A stretch of DNA of 64,000 nucleotides from positions 32,001 through 96,000 of IMG/VR virus record IMGVR_UViG_3300030419_007131; one strand, given 5' to 3'. Below, one piece after another: positions 7,705 to 17,700 of this stretch; positions within the stretch are counted from its first letter, which is position 1; every line of letters starts with the position of its first letter. Origin of the DNA: a virus. The position numbers and the translations under genes are program-made. A model generated the notes under the pieces. It saw only the letters and a program-made list of their open reading frames with translations. It was not told the DNA's origin and made no database searches.

Positions 7705-10548
7705 CTAATATGTTCCGATGTTCTCCGGTAATGCAATTGCCTTCATTATTAGAGGCGGGTAGGCTCCCGACCATCGGAAGGTGGCTGAATCTCCCACATT
7801 GTAAATAGCAAGACCAAGATAAAAACTATAAGAGGTCCCGGGAGTTAAACCAGTGAGGGTCCACTCTACAACATGCTGCTGGATGTCTGATTCATCAGCG
7901 AGGCATATAATCTGCTTCGATTCATAAACACTAGTGCCATCGAGTGGATCTGAATAGGTGGACCAACTACTTCCATTTGTAGAAAGTGCCATAACTGCAT
8001 AATCGCCCGAGTTAACATCCACAACTATCTGTGCCGTGAGGAGCACGTTTCCACCCGGAGGTGCTGTAAAAGTAACAAACGATTTGCTGCTGCCACTGAC
8101 GGCATAAGTCGGTGTCTGGCTGGTTGTTGTTTGTTGGATCTGATCATTATTCCCGGAGGCTCCGACAAAATACCCCAGGACAGCGCCCGGAATGTCAGCT
8201 GTCGGTGCCGTAATTTTTACACTGGCCGAGACATTGTGGTCTTTGTCGATGGTGAGAGACGTTACGCCGGCATTATAGAATTCGAAAGAACCCGTAGTGG
8301 TTTCATTACGGAATGAATAAGCTTCATTGCCTGTAGATCCAAACCCAATCCATGCGGCACGAGTAAGAGCGCCGCCGGCATTAGTGTAATAGTAGTCTTG
8401 GTAGCTTACTACTCCCTGCCCATCACGAGTATCTGAATCATACCACCTGAGATTGGGTGCAGTACCAGTGACCATGAGGGTGCCGTCTACAACGCAGTTC
8501 CCGTCTATCTGAGTATTCCCCTTCACATGCAAGGATGCGGAAGGTTCGACGCCGTCGCTGAGACCAATGGAAAGTTTGCCCGTTGTGGGGATTATCAAGT
8601 TGCCGTTAGAGCATGTGACGTTTTGGTTGCCATCGAGGAGGAGCGCGGGCGTTCCGTTACCGCTTCTTAAGTAAAGAGAATGCCCTGCGACGCTGGTGCC
8701 AAATAGGGTATATCCAAGGTCGTATCCACTAATCCATTCTGCATGTTGCCCCACGGCAGGAGAAGATAGGTAAATTCGACTCGACCCGGCATTCGTACCC
8801 ATAAGGGTCATGCCGGGGTAGCCATCCGACCCCTGTTCGAGGACCAATGTTCTAGCCGTCCAGTCAGGCGACCTGTTAACCGACCCGGATTTAATGTGGA
8901 GAGAACCAGAGGGCTCCACTCCAGCTGCCAGACCGATACCGACGCGTGTTCCAGCAAACACGTGACCCTCCGTAACAAACGCCGAGCCACTTATGCCGCC
9001 GGATGCCGAAACGGCGCCGGCAACATCCAAGAGGTGAGTGGGCGACGAAGTTCCGATACCAAGTTTACCATCGCCCCTAAGCATCATGCGCTCAGTTAAA
9101 GTAGTAGAACCCGACGTCACAGTGTGAAACGATATTCTTCCCCCCTGTGAGGCTCCATCGGCCCACGATGCATCGTCTGCCTCGCCAAGGATCATAGCAG
9201 CATATCCAAAACTCGTATTATCCTCGGAACCTGCGAAACGAATCTCTCCTAAATTCTCCCCGTTAGGCAACGAAGCATCGCCATATTTGCGAAAGTCTAA
9301 CTGCGCGCCATCGTTGATGCTTGTGTCTTCAGACCAAATAATGAGTTGAGGTATATCGGTTCCAGAAGTTGATCTGATTACTGCGTCACCCCTTACATCC
9401 AGTTCGACGGTGGGGACCGTCGTTCCAATACCGACGCGTGTTCCAGCAAACACATGGCCATCCGTAACAAACGATGAACCACTCACCCCGGCAGAGGCTG
9501 ACATAATACCGTCGACAGTAACATTGCCTCCTGCGGGGTCTAAAGTAATGTTTCCATCAACAGTAAATGTAAGATTAGCCGCAGTACCGTCATCATCAAC
9601 TGTTGTGATGGTGGTTGCGCCGGCGGTGGTGGTTTGAATCTGGAAGTAATCGCCACTATCGGCTGAGCTTTGAATCCTAAGATCGACATTGTTAGCGCCG
9701 TCCTCAACGTCAAGTTGGAGTCCATAGTTGAAGTCGCCGCCTTGTGCTGAGATCCTTGTGCCGGTGATGAGACTGCTGCCGTTTGTGCTACCTTGTGCAT
9801 CAATACGCGCGCCGTATACATAGGCGGCGCCGGCGTCAGCAGCATGCGTAAGCGTCGGCGTGACAGTCAAACCATACATGGTGTTGGTGCCATTGGTGGC
9901 TGTGGTGTTATCCATGTCAACTTTGAGACCGTACATGGTGTTGTTTGATGTGGAAGCACCAGTTTTGTCAAAATCGATATCTACTCCGACTAGTGTGGTT
10001 GCAGTAGTATCTGAGTGGCTCTTGACCATTTTGAGAGAACCAGAACCATCGTATGTCATGCCACTGTTCCCAGCGAAAGAGCCATTCTGATTGAACTGTA
10101 TATTAGTATCAGAGCCCGCGGCGTCGCCGGTCGCGATTCCAGTAAGATTGCTGCCATCGCCATGGAAAGTGGATCCCGAAACTTGACCGTCTGTTACGAA
10201 GGATGAGCCACTCAGTCCAGACGAAGCCGAAAGTGGGCCTTGAATGGCAACAGAGCCAGTAAATTGATGCAGATCAGTAGCGTCGTCGCCAAACTTGGAG
10301 GCACCACTAGCAGAAAGATAAGAAACCGTATGGTTTATGACATCATAGTTGTCGGATATAACCGTACCCGAAACATAGATAGACCCAGTAAAGAAGAGAG
10401 AGTCGCTGCCCGTTACATATGTAAAATTAGAAGAGCCGGTTTGTGCGGTCCCGCTACCATATTTATATTGTACTGCGCCAATAGGACCATCGGCGCCCTC
10501 GTCGGCGCTGCCGCTAACATACGCCCATCCTAAATACTTTCTAGCCAT
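7705..10548 (-). CDS. Fibre protein (947 aa), putative receptor-binding or decoration fibre
   Basis: G/S/T-rich; ERMMLRGDGKLGIGTSSP..LDV.G fibre repeats; TNIQFNQNGSFAG module; beta-sandwich-like C-terminus. Confidence 0.7.
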   Translation of the reverse strand: MARKYLGWAYVSGSADEGADGPIGAVQYKYGSGTAQTGSSNFTYVTGSDSLFFTGSIYVSGTVISDNYDVINHTVSYLSASGASKFGDDATDLHQFTGSVAIQGPLSASSGLSGSSFVTDGQVSGSTFHGDGSNLTGIATGDAAGSDTNIQFNQNGSFAGNSGMTYDGSGSLKMVKSHSDTTATTLVGVDIDFDKTGASTSNNTMYGLKVDMDNTTATNGTNTMYGLTVTPTLTHAADAGAAYVYGARIDAQGSTNGSSLITGTRISAQGGDFNYGLQLDVEDGANNVDLRIQSSADSGDYFQIQTTTAGATTITTVDDDGTAANLTFTVDGNITLDPAGGNVTVDGIMSASAGVSGSSFVTDGHVFAGTRVGIGTTVPTVELDVRGDAVIRSTSGTDIPQLIIWSEDTSINDGAQLDFRKYGDASLPNGENLGEIRFAGSEDNTSFGYAAMILGEADDASWADGASQGGRISFHTVTSGSTTLTERMMLRGDGKLGIGTSSPTHLLDVAGAVSASGGISGSAFVTEGHVFAGTRVGIGLAAGVEPSGSLHIKSGSVNRSPDWTARTLVLEQGSDGYPGMTLMGTNAGSSRIYLSSPAVGQHAEWISGYDLGYTLFGTSVAGHSLYLRSGNGTPALLLDGNQNVTCSNGNLIIPTTGKLSIGLSDGVEPSASLHVKGNTQIDGNCVVDGTLMVTGTAPNLRWYDSDTRDGQGVVSYQDYYYTNAGGALTRAAWIGFGSTGNEAYSFRNETTTGSFEFYNAGVTSLTIDKDHNVSASVKITAPTADIPGAVLGYFVGASGNNDQIQQTTTSQTPTYAVSGSSKSFVTFTAPPGGNVLLTAQIVVDVNSGDYAVMALSTNGSSWSTYSDPLDGTSVYESKQIICLADESDIQQHVVEWTLTGLTPGTSYSFYLGLAIYNVGDSATFRWSGAYPPLIMKAIALPENIGTY

Positions 10549-10570
10549 TTTATAGTGTCTCCAACTCTAT

Positions 10571-10577
10571 TAAATAG
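10571..10577 (-). promoter_or_regulatory. Putative late promoter motif CTATTTA
   Basis: Intergenic, 22 nt upstream of ATG 10548. Confidence 0.6.
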
Positions 10578-10607
10578 TCCATCGTTGCTAGTACGGCTCA
10601 GGGATTA

Positions 10608-11837
10608 TCATTCCCCGTGCTCCGATCTGCCATCATGAAGAATGAACCAATGGGTTCCTGTACTAATTACGCTTAAACTTTGAGGAGTAGTGCCCTCAAT
10701 ATCCACCTTAGCTTGATCTGATTCCAAATTCGGGCCTTGGAACGTGGTCGAAGTCCCGGAACTAGTAACACTCAAAACATCGTTGGCCCCCTGAGCATGA
10801 CTCACAACATGATACATACGCCCTGTGACCCCGGATGGATTAGGGAGAGTAAACGCAGCATCGCCGTTGCCCGTATAATCAACCACATAATGAGTTTCGT
10901 CAACAGTAATACTTCCTGCTATTTGGGTATAGTTGCCGGCTTGAGATCCGCTTACTTCAAAAGTTGAGGCCGGAGTTGCACTGCCGATTCCCACCCTATC
11001 ATTGGCGGCGTCAGTACGAAAAAGGTTAGCCTGATTTTCTCCTTTTACCTGAAGGTCAATATCTAGCGCTCCGTAATTAATCATCAACTTATCAGTAGAA
11101 TCTTCTTGACATTTTAAGAATCCCCTCCCGCCAACATAAAGAACTATTTCATCCTCTGAGAATTGGATGTATGTATCGGCATCTCCGTTATGATAAATGT
11201 ATTCGTCGACGCCGATGTTGCCTGCAACGTCAAGAGTGTAGTCGGGGGAATCTGTGCCGATGCCCACCCTGCCGGATCCGGTGACCGCCAAAACCGGACT
11301 CTGTGCCGAATCATGACAAATGAATATCATACTATCATCAGAAGAGGAAAGATGCATGAGAGACGTTGGGGTCCAGGCGAGGCCCGCATCGGGCCCAATA
11401 CTAAAGAAACCATTGCTATCAATAGCAGCCTTTATTACGGCACCAATTCTGAAGTACATATCTTGACCAGCAACAGAGTTTAAACTGAGATCTCCCGCGG
11501 ATCCAATTAAAAGGTTGTATTTCGCATGTCTGCCGGTGCCGTGATGATCTTGATTACTGTGCCCCAGAAACCCATATGTGGTGGACTGAGGCCATGCGCC
11601 CAGCTCTAAACGCCCCATTCTTACAATAGATGCAGATACAGGAACATCGAGAGCAAACGTAGAATCGGGTTGGGCGCCGATTCCAACCGTTGACGAGGAT
11701 ACCACTAGGGTAGCAGAGCCCCCAGTTACAACGCCGAAGGCATCTTCGCTCCAATCTAAAAATGTATTTCCCTGAGCATCATCTTCGTTGTAGATGTCGC
11801 CCCGATTGACTTTGCCTTTTGTATATTTATAAGCCAT
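10608..11837 (-). CDS. Fibre / decoration protein (409 aa)
   Basis: GRVGIGT.SP..TLDVAG fibre repeats; C-terminal FTLP..GRMY..V..SLSVISTGTHWFI domain shared with neighbouring genes. Confidence 0.65.
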   Translation of the reverse strand: MAYKYTKGKVNRGDIYNEDDAQGNTFLDWSEDAFGVVTGGSATLVVSSSTVGIGAQPDSTFALDVPVSASIVRMGRLELGAWPQSTTYGFLGHSNQDHHGTGRHAKYNLLIGSAGDLSLNSVAGQDMYFRIGAVIKAAIDSNGFFSIGPDAGLAWTPTSLMHLSSSDDSMIFICHDSAQSPVLAVTGSGRVGIGTDSPDYTLDVAGNIGVDEYIYHNGDADTYIQFSEDEIVLYVGGRGFLKCQEDSTDKLMINYGALDIDLQVKGENQANLFRTDAANDRVGIGSATPASTFEVSGSQAGNYTQIAGSITVDETHYVVDYTGNGDAAFTLPNPSGVTGRMYHVVSHAQGANDVLSVTSSGTSTTFQGPNLESDQAKVDIEGTTPQSLSVISTGTHWFILHDGRSEHGE

Positions 11838-11844
11838 CTCACAC

Positions 11845-11851
11845 TAAATAG
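11845..11851 (-). promoter_or_regulatory. Putative late promoter motif CTATTTA (near-leaderless)
   Basis: Only 7 nt upstream of ATG 11837 and just downstream of a terminator. Confidence 0.55.
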
Positions 11852-11863
11852 AAACTACCAAAC

Positions 11864-11898
11864 AAAAAGGGTGGGTACCCCGAAAGATACCCACCCTT
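11864..11898 (-). terminator. Rho-independent terminator with a UUCG tetraloop
   Basis: Minus strand AAGGGTGGGTATCT-TTCG-GGGTACCCACCCTT followed by TTTGTTT. Confidence 0.85.
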
Positions 11899-11929
11899 AA
11901 AATTGTCTATTTCTAGAGCGACTCTAATA

Positions 11930-13324
11930 TTAGAGGACTCTGAAAGTATTATCTGCAACCTTATACAACATCACAGCTGCATACGGCGATTCGAGACGAA
12001 TCTCGGTTTCACCGTCAATATTATCAGCCGCGCCTACCGAGCAGGTAATCTTAGCGTAATTCGTATCAGACACACCACCGGCCATCTTCACGCGGACGAC
12101 GTCACCATCGTCCAACGACGAGGCTGCCGGCAACGTGTATGTGCGGGCCGCACTAAGCGACGCGCTAGCATAGTTCGTACCTTCAACAAGATCACGATCT
12201 TGGTTACCAATAGCAGTAATGGTTCCAGCAGCAGCGAGGCTGATCTTACCATTAGCAGCGCTGAGGCCCGAGCCTACAACACCGGTAACAAAAGTAGCCC
12301 AAGAAAGATAATCAAAGGCATTGTTAGAACTATTCCAGACCAAGAACGGCCTGTCGCCATTCGGATCGACAACGAGTTCACTCACGGAACTAACCACGAT
12401 CTTACCATTAATGCCAAGTTCGCCAGAACTGAGTTCAAGCAAGTCAGTGTCGCTAGCAATACCAATGTGTTGACCGTCGTCAATGATCAGCTCCTTACCA
12501 GCGAGCTGGCCAGAACCAGAGATGGTGCTCTCTGCAACAACAGCACCGGCAGTTGAAACGGTAAACTTCGAAGCATTAACATCGATGCCACCATCGAGGT
12601 CAGAAACACCAACGACAGTAAGCTTGCCACCGAGGTCAGCAGCACCATCAAGATCAAAAGTGGTTGCGCTTAACAGACCAGAACCAGAGATGTTTGTTGC
12701 ACCAGCAATTGCACCGGCAGCGCTAATACCACCAGACTGAAGCGCCAACGAAGTGCCAGCCAGAGTGTCAAAAGTAGCAGCAGCACCGGAGACGGTGCTC
12801 TCTGCAACAACAGCACCGGCAGTTGAAACGGTGAACTTGGAACCATTAACATCAATGCCGCCGTCAAGGTCAGAAACACCAACGACAGTAAGCTTGCCAC
12901 CGAGGTCAGCAGCACCATCAAGATCAAAAGTGGTTGCGCTTAACAGACCAGAACCAGAAATGCTAGTTGCACCAGCAATCGCATTAGCAGTTGTGATGCC
13001 GCCAGAGAAAACAGCACCAGCCTGAAAAGTAGGCACACCTTCAACATTTAAAGTACCATCGATGTCAGTGTCGCCGTCTGCAGCAACACTGAACTCAGCC
13101 ATCGTGATTGTGCCAACCGTTAAGTCACCAGACGCATCGATTGTGGTTGCGCCGGCGATTGAGCCTGCGTTGGTGATGCCACCAGCTTGAACGTTAAGGG
13201 CCGTAGCCGTAATAGCGTCGAAGCTTCCTGCGGCACCTGAAACCGCACCTTCTGCGGTTACTGTGTCTTCGTACGTTGTAGCTCCTTCGAGATACGCAGT
13301 ACCTAATTGGAATTTATAAGCCAT
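11930..13324 (-). CDS. Fibre / decoration protein (464 aa) with an internal 90-aa repeat
   Basis: A/G/S/T-rich stalk; C-terminal YTLPAA..GDVVRVK..IDGETEIRLESPYAAVMLY domain; AGGAGG SD and its own terminator. Confidence 0.7.
   Translation of the reverse strand: MAYKFQLGTAYLEGATTYEDTVTAEGAVSGAAGSFDAITATALNVQAGGITNAGSIAGATTIDASGDLTVGTITMAEFSVAADGDTDIDGTLNVEGVPTFQAGAVFSGGITTANAIAGATSISGSGLLSATTFDLDGAADLGGKLTVVGVSDLDGGIDVNGSKFTVSTAGAVVAESTVSGAAATFDTLAGTSLALQSGGISAAGAIAGATNISGSGLLSATTFDLDGAADLGGKLTVVGVSDLDGGIDVNASKFTVSTAGAVVAESTISGSGQLAGKELIIDDGQHIGIASDTDLLELSSGELGINGKIVVSSVSELVVDPNGDRPFLVWNSSNNAFDYLSWATFVTGVVGSGLSAANGKISLAAAGTITAIGNQDRDLVEGTNYASASLSAARTYTLPAASSLDDGDVVRVKMAGGVSDTNYAKITCSVGAADNIDGETEIRLESPYAAVMLYKVADNTFRVL
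12523..12980. repeat. Intragenic direct repeat with a 270 bp period
   Basis: 12597-12688 is identical to 12867-12958; the flanks are also near-identical at offset 270. Confidence 0.9.
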
Positions 13325-13479
13325 ATTTAAATCCTCCTATGTTATGGCAAAACGGGTGAAAAAATTATAAATCGGTTCGCGAACACTCATCGGAGGAGTA
13401 GTAAATTTTAATTATAGAAATCCACATCCGTTTCTACTACATATAGTATTCCTTTGACGAAATATCCCATATATTTTTA

Positions 13480-14751
13480 TTAATAAATAAACCAATTAGT
13501 GCCGTTCGAATAAAGCAAAATAGAACCATAAGGAGATTCGATAGTTACGTCACTCGCTCCGTCAATAGTCTGAGAAGCAGAAGCCGCAACCGATATAGTA
13601 TTGGAGACACTTGCAGCGCCCGACTCATCCTTAATAACCAACACTTGACCTTCGGAAAACGAGGTTGCATCCACTTCAATTTCTGTCGGAACAGCACTTA
13701 CTCCCAAAATATAATCAGTTACCGAAGCCGTATAGACGGTTGACACAGTCGTACGATGATGAACGACGCCTCCCGATAGATGAGAGCCCCCCTTTACCGT
13801 AACAGTAGAACCATCATAGGTTAGGTTAGCTGATGCCCCGAAAGATCCATTATTATTAAACTGTATCTGAGTGTTGGCGCCATCGGGTGACGTCGTTCCG
13901 CCACCCCCAGTTGTTAAAACAACATTATTATCTGTGTCTAAGGATAAAAAACTGCCCGGACCGGCGATTGTTCCTGAAACTGGTTCTATATTAACTAATG
14001 ACGCGGAAAGAGTTGTCATTTCCGCAACTGACCCAGTATAAGATCCGGTGAGAGTCGCCCCATTAAAAGTTAAATTAGCTGAGCCCCCAAACGAACCGGC
14101 ATTATTGAACTGAATCTGCGTGGTGGCGCCACCAGGGGTTCCACCCCCTCCCGAGCCAGTTAGGCGTGTAAGCGCATAGTCCCCAACATAAATGAATGCA
14201 TCCACATAAGCCGGATTTTCATCCGAATCAGTGGGAGGATCCTGTTGAAAAAAGATTCCGTTATAATAATCTAATACCCAGTCACGAGCATCAAGAGCGG
14301 GGATTTGAGTAATTCCGGAGGACGTATGATATACGAGAGCAGTATAGGCAGCACCAAAGGAAGGAGGGATAATCTGAAGGGTTCCGGTTGTTTCATTTAA
14401 AACCTGACCGTTAACATAGAAGCCGCTGCCAGCATTGGGATTGGATGATTTAGACTCATAGTCTGCTGGCAGGCTTAATGCAAATGCCTGATAGCGACCG
14501 TTCGAGTCTTTGGTGCCCGCCATTGGAGTAGCCACTAATGATACCATCTCAGCAACGCCCCCCAAAATAGTATAATATGAACTCGAAACAGGTGTAGGGG
14601 GCTCATACCCAAAGATAGTGCTCGCCCCCATACTGATGTTGGAACCAATACCCTCGTTCGAAACTCCCTTTGTATTAGAGGTTTGTGCCTTTCCTAAGAC
14701 CTTTTTGAACGAAAGATTAAGTTTTGAAGTATCTGTCAATGCAGTGGACAT
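13480..14751 (-). CDS. Virion structural / fibre protein (423 aa)
   Basis: Two G..TQIQFNN.GSFG.SANLT modules shared with the gp14 fusion; C-terminal IKDESG.A..N.I.V....QTIDG...IESPYGS..LYSNGTNWFIY domain. Confidence 0.7.
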   Translation of the reverse strand: MSTALTDTSKLNLSFKKVLGKAQTSNTKGVSNEGIGSNISMGASTIFGYEPPTPVSSSYYTILGGVAEMVSLVATPMAGTKDSNGRYQAFALSLPADYESKSSNPNAGSGFYVNGQVLNETTGTLQIIPPSFGAAYTALVYHTSSGITQIPALDARDWVLDYYNGIFFQQDPPTDSDENPAYVDAFIYVGDYALTRLTGSGGGGTPGGATTQIQFNNAGSFGGSANLTFNGATLTGSYTGSVAEMTTLSASLVNIEPVSGTIAGPGSFLSLDTDNNVVLTTGGGGTTSPDGANTQIQFNNNGSFGASANLTYDGSTVTVKGGSHLSGGVVHHRTTVSTVYTASVTDYILGVSAVPTEIEVDATSFSEGQVLVIKDESGAASVSNTISVAASASQTIDGASDVTIESPYGSILLYSNGTNWFIY

Positions 14752-17700
14752 TTAGCTACTCCCCCATGATATACTTAGGGCCGAGATATATCCAGTCCAC
14801 GCTGCGTCAGCGACTATTTTTATAACTATGTTCTCATTTTGCTCAACAGTTTGTGTAACAAAAGTGCCTTCATGAGTGTCACTATTGATCTCTAGACCGC
14901 CTGCCGGTGGCGTACCCACATATGCCCCATCAAAATCGCCCAGCTGTGCTGGGTCACTGGCAGTGGCAGAACCTAAATCAAGCCATCCAGTGGCCTTTCC
15001 AGTGGATGTGGTAGGCAATTTAACAAATACATGTATGTTAGTGCTAGACAATGCGGTTGTCGCCGGGACAATACGCGTTGAGGAGTCACCCGTAAACGTA
15101 AGTTCAAAGTTAGTCTGAGAAGCTGCACCAGTATTAGTAAAGTAACGGAAAAGTGTACGAACACCTGAGATTCCCGAATAATCAACATTTGAACTTGGAC
15201 CATTGGAGACGGCACTGAAGTCTCCGCTATTAGGTATATCACTATCAATTGGAGAATAGAGTCGCTGGTTGTAGTATAAAAGGCCATCATTAGTAAGCAA
15301 AGAGCTTGTCGAGTTCCATGCATTTGAAGAAGACGTTACGTCAGTTTGTGCAGCATAAGAAGACAGGCTTCCCGAGATCACACGATAATCTTCGCGCCTG
15401 AAGGTTTCACTAGTAGTGGTAGATGTGTTGGCTCTATTATATGCGAGAATACCACTGATCGACTGAGATCCTCCATTCGACAGATTAGACTTGAGAGGAT
15501 GAGCAACATTGACGCCAGCCGCAATAGAACTATCTAAGATCGAAGTGGTATCAATCGTAAGGCTGCCCGTCAATTGCAAAATCTTCGTTTCGTCTTCGCT
15601 CCCCACGCTAATGCTAGGCATCGCCTGTGACGGAATGGAACCATTTGTAACAGTATAGGAAATGTTCGTCGAAGTATAGACATTTCTATACGCGTTCGAC
15701 ACATCAGTTCTGTACTGAGCAGTGCCGGCAGTGTGATACTTGACTCCGGATATACGTGTATCACCGCTCATGGACAAGGTATCCAGCGCGCTGTTTGAGG
15801 CGGCCAGAGCATTACTATTAGAATCGTTAACCCAGGCAACAAAGTTAGTAGTGCGATCAAAGGTTGAAGAAGTATGAACCACACGCAAGTAGTTCCACCC
15901 TTCCCGCTGATCAGCTGCTACAACCTTGTATTTACCCGTACGATGTTGAAACAGATCCAATTCCGTTCCATCTGTAAACTCTGCTGACCCGGTTTGACTG
16001 AGATCATAAAAACCGGACCCATTGCCGTTTAGCTGAGTTCCAGTTCCAGAGCCGGGGACGCCGGTGCCGACTGCAGGGTCGGTCATGGAGGCAGTATGAA
16101 GCGTAGAACCGTTAACCTCTAATACTAAATTTCCAAGGTCAGCATCGCCAAATGAATTAGCTGGGTAGTTTACACCATCTGCAGAGACATCCTCGTTGAG
16201 GTCTCCGTTTATTACAGTACTACCATTGAAGGTGCCGCGTCGCAGGTTGTTGCTACTTGTAGAGGTGGAATACGTTCCGTTAATGTCAACGGCCGAGAAG
16301 CCGGCATCCGTGCCTACGTTGGTATAACCACTAATGGACTGTGAAGACCCAAAGGAAAGTTCCGCCGACGCGCCACTATCATTGCAATCAATGTCATCTA
16401 GATTAGGAGCGGGGCCTGGGGATAGAGCCTTTAAGATTTCATTGAATCGATCGACGGCTGTGCCGACTGGAGTGGTTACCGCAAAATCAGTAAAGAGACC
16501 ATCCGCATAAGAACTATCCTCGGCAGCTCCGATAGTTAAACCGGTCAATGCGTCGCCGCCGCCATGATAAGAGCTGGCTGACACTGTACTAGAAGCCGTG
16601 ATCCGGCCTGTTACGTTAAAGACAGATCCATCAAAAGCTAGGCCGGCGTTCGATATAACATCGTTGCTGTTCATGTATAAAATTTGATTATTGGAAAAAT
16701 CAGAACCCAGTAGTTCCATGCTATTAAAAGCCGCCGTATCGCCGTCAACCGCCGCGGAGCTTGATATAGCCCCACTGACTGTAAGCGTGCTCCCAAGAAT
16801 GGCTGCGCCGACGACCTCCAAAGTGCTAGAACCAGACATCGTTCCTACTACGCCGAAGTTGCTGCCATCAAAGGTGAGGCCCGCATTTGACGTAACGTCG
16901 TTGCTGGACATATATAAAATACGATTCGTTGCAAAGTCTCCCCCCATTAATTCCATGCTATCGAATGCCGCAGAACTCGCATCGACACTACTAGCACCGG
17001 ATATGGCCCCACTCACCGTTAAGGTGCTTCCTAACGTAGCGGCACCCACGACTTGCAACGTGCTAGAGCCCGACACTGTTCCCACCACAGCGAAGTTGCT
17101 GCCATCGAAAGTAAGGTTACTAGAGCCACCAAATGCGCCGGCGTTATTAAACTGTATCTGAGTGTTGGCGCCTCCGGGGCTTGTGGTTGCCCCGTCGCCT
17201 GGAGACAAGACAACGTTGTTGTTTACATCTAGTGACAAGTAGCTGCCCGGGCCCGCAAGAGTGCCACTAGCCACGCTTAGGTTTACTGCTGAAGCTGACA
17301 GGGTTGACACCTCTGCGAGAGAGCCAGTATAAGATCCCGTCAGCGTTGTGCCGTTAAAAGTTAAATTAGCAGAGCCGGCAAATGCACCCGCACTATTGTA
17401 CTGCAACTGAGTTGTAGCGCCGGCGGCTGATGTGGTGATGCCACTCAGATTAGAGCCGTCGCCATAAAATGCAGAAGCCGAGATATTAACCGAGGCCGAC
17501 ATAGAACCGCTTACTGAAACTTCGTGATCAGGTGCGGACGTACCTCCGATGGCCAGACTACTCGTTACATAAGCCTGACTTCCATTAATAGTGGTGAAGA
17601 TGCCTCCGACGCCACCCCCAGTCGAGGAGGTTACAATAAAGTTATTATTTGCATCCAAAGCTAGATAACTGCCGGGGCCTCCCATCGAGCCCGAAGTCGG

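Noticed and set aside
14749-14754. TAA directly followed by an in-frame ATG between two fibre genes (possible readthrough fusion)
   Set aside because: The downstream gene has its own GGGGGAG SD, UAA is the least leaky stop, and no stimulatory structure is visible.
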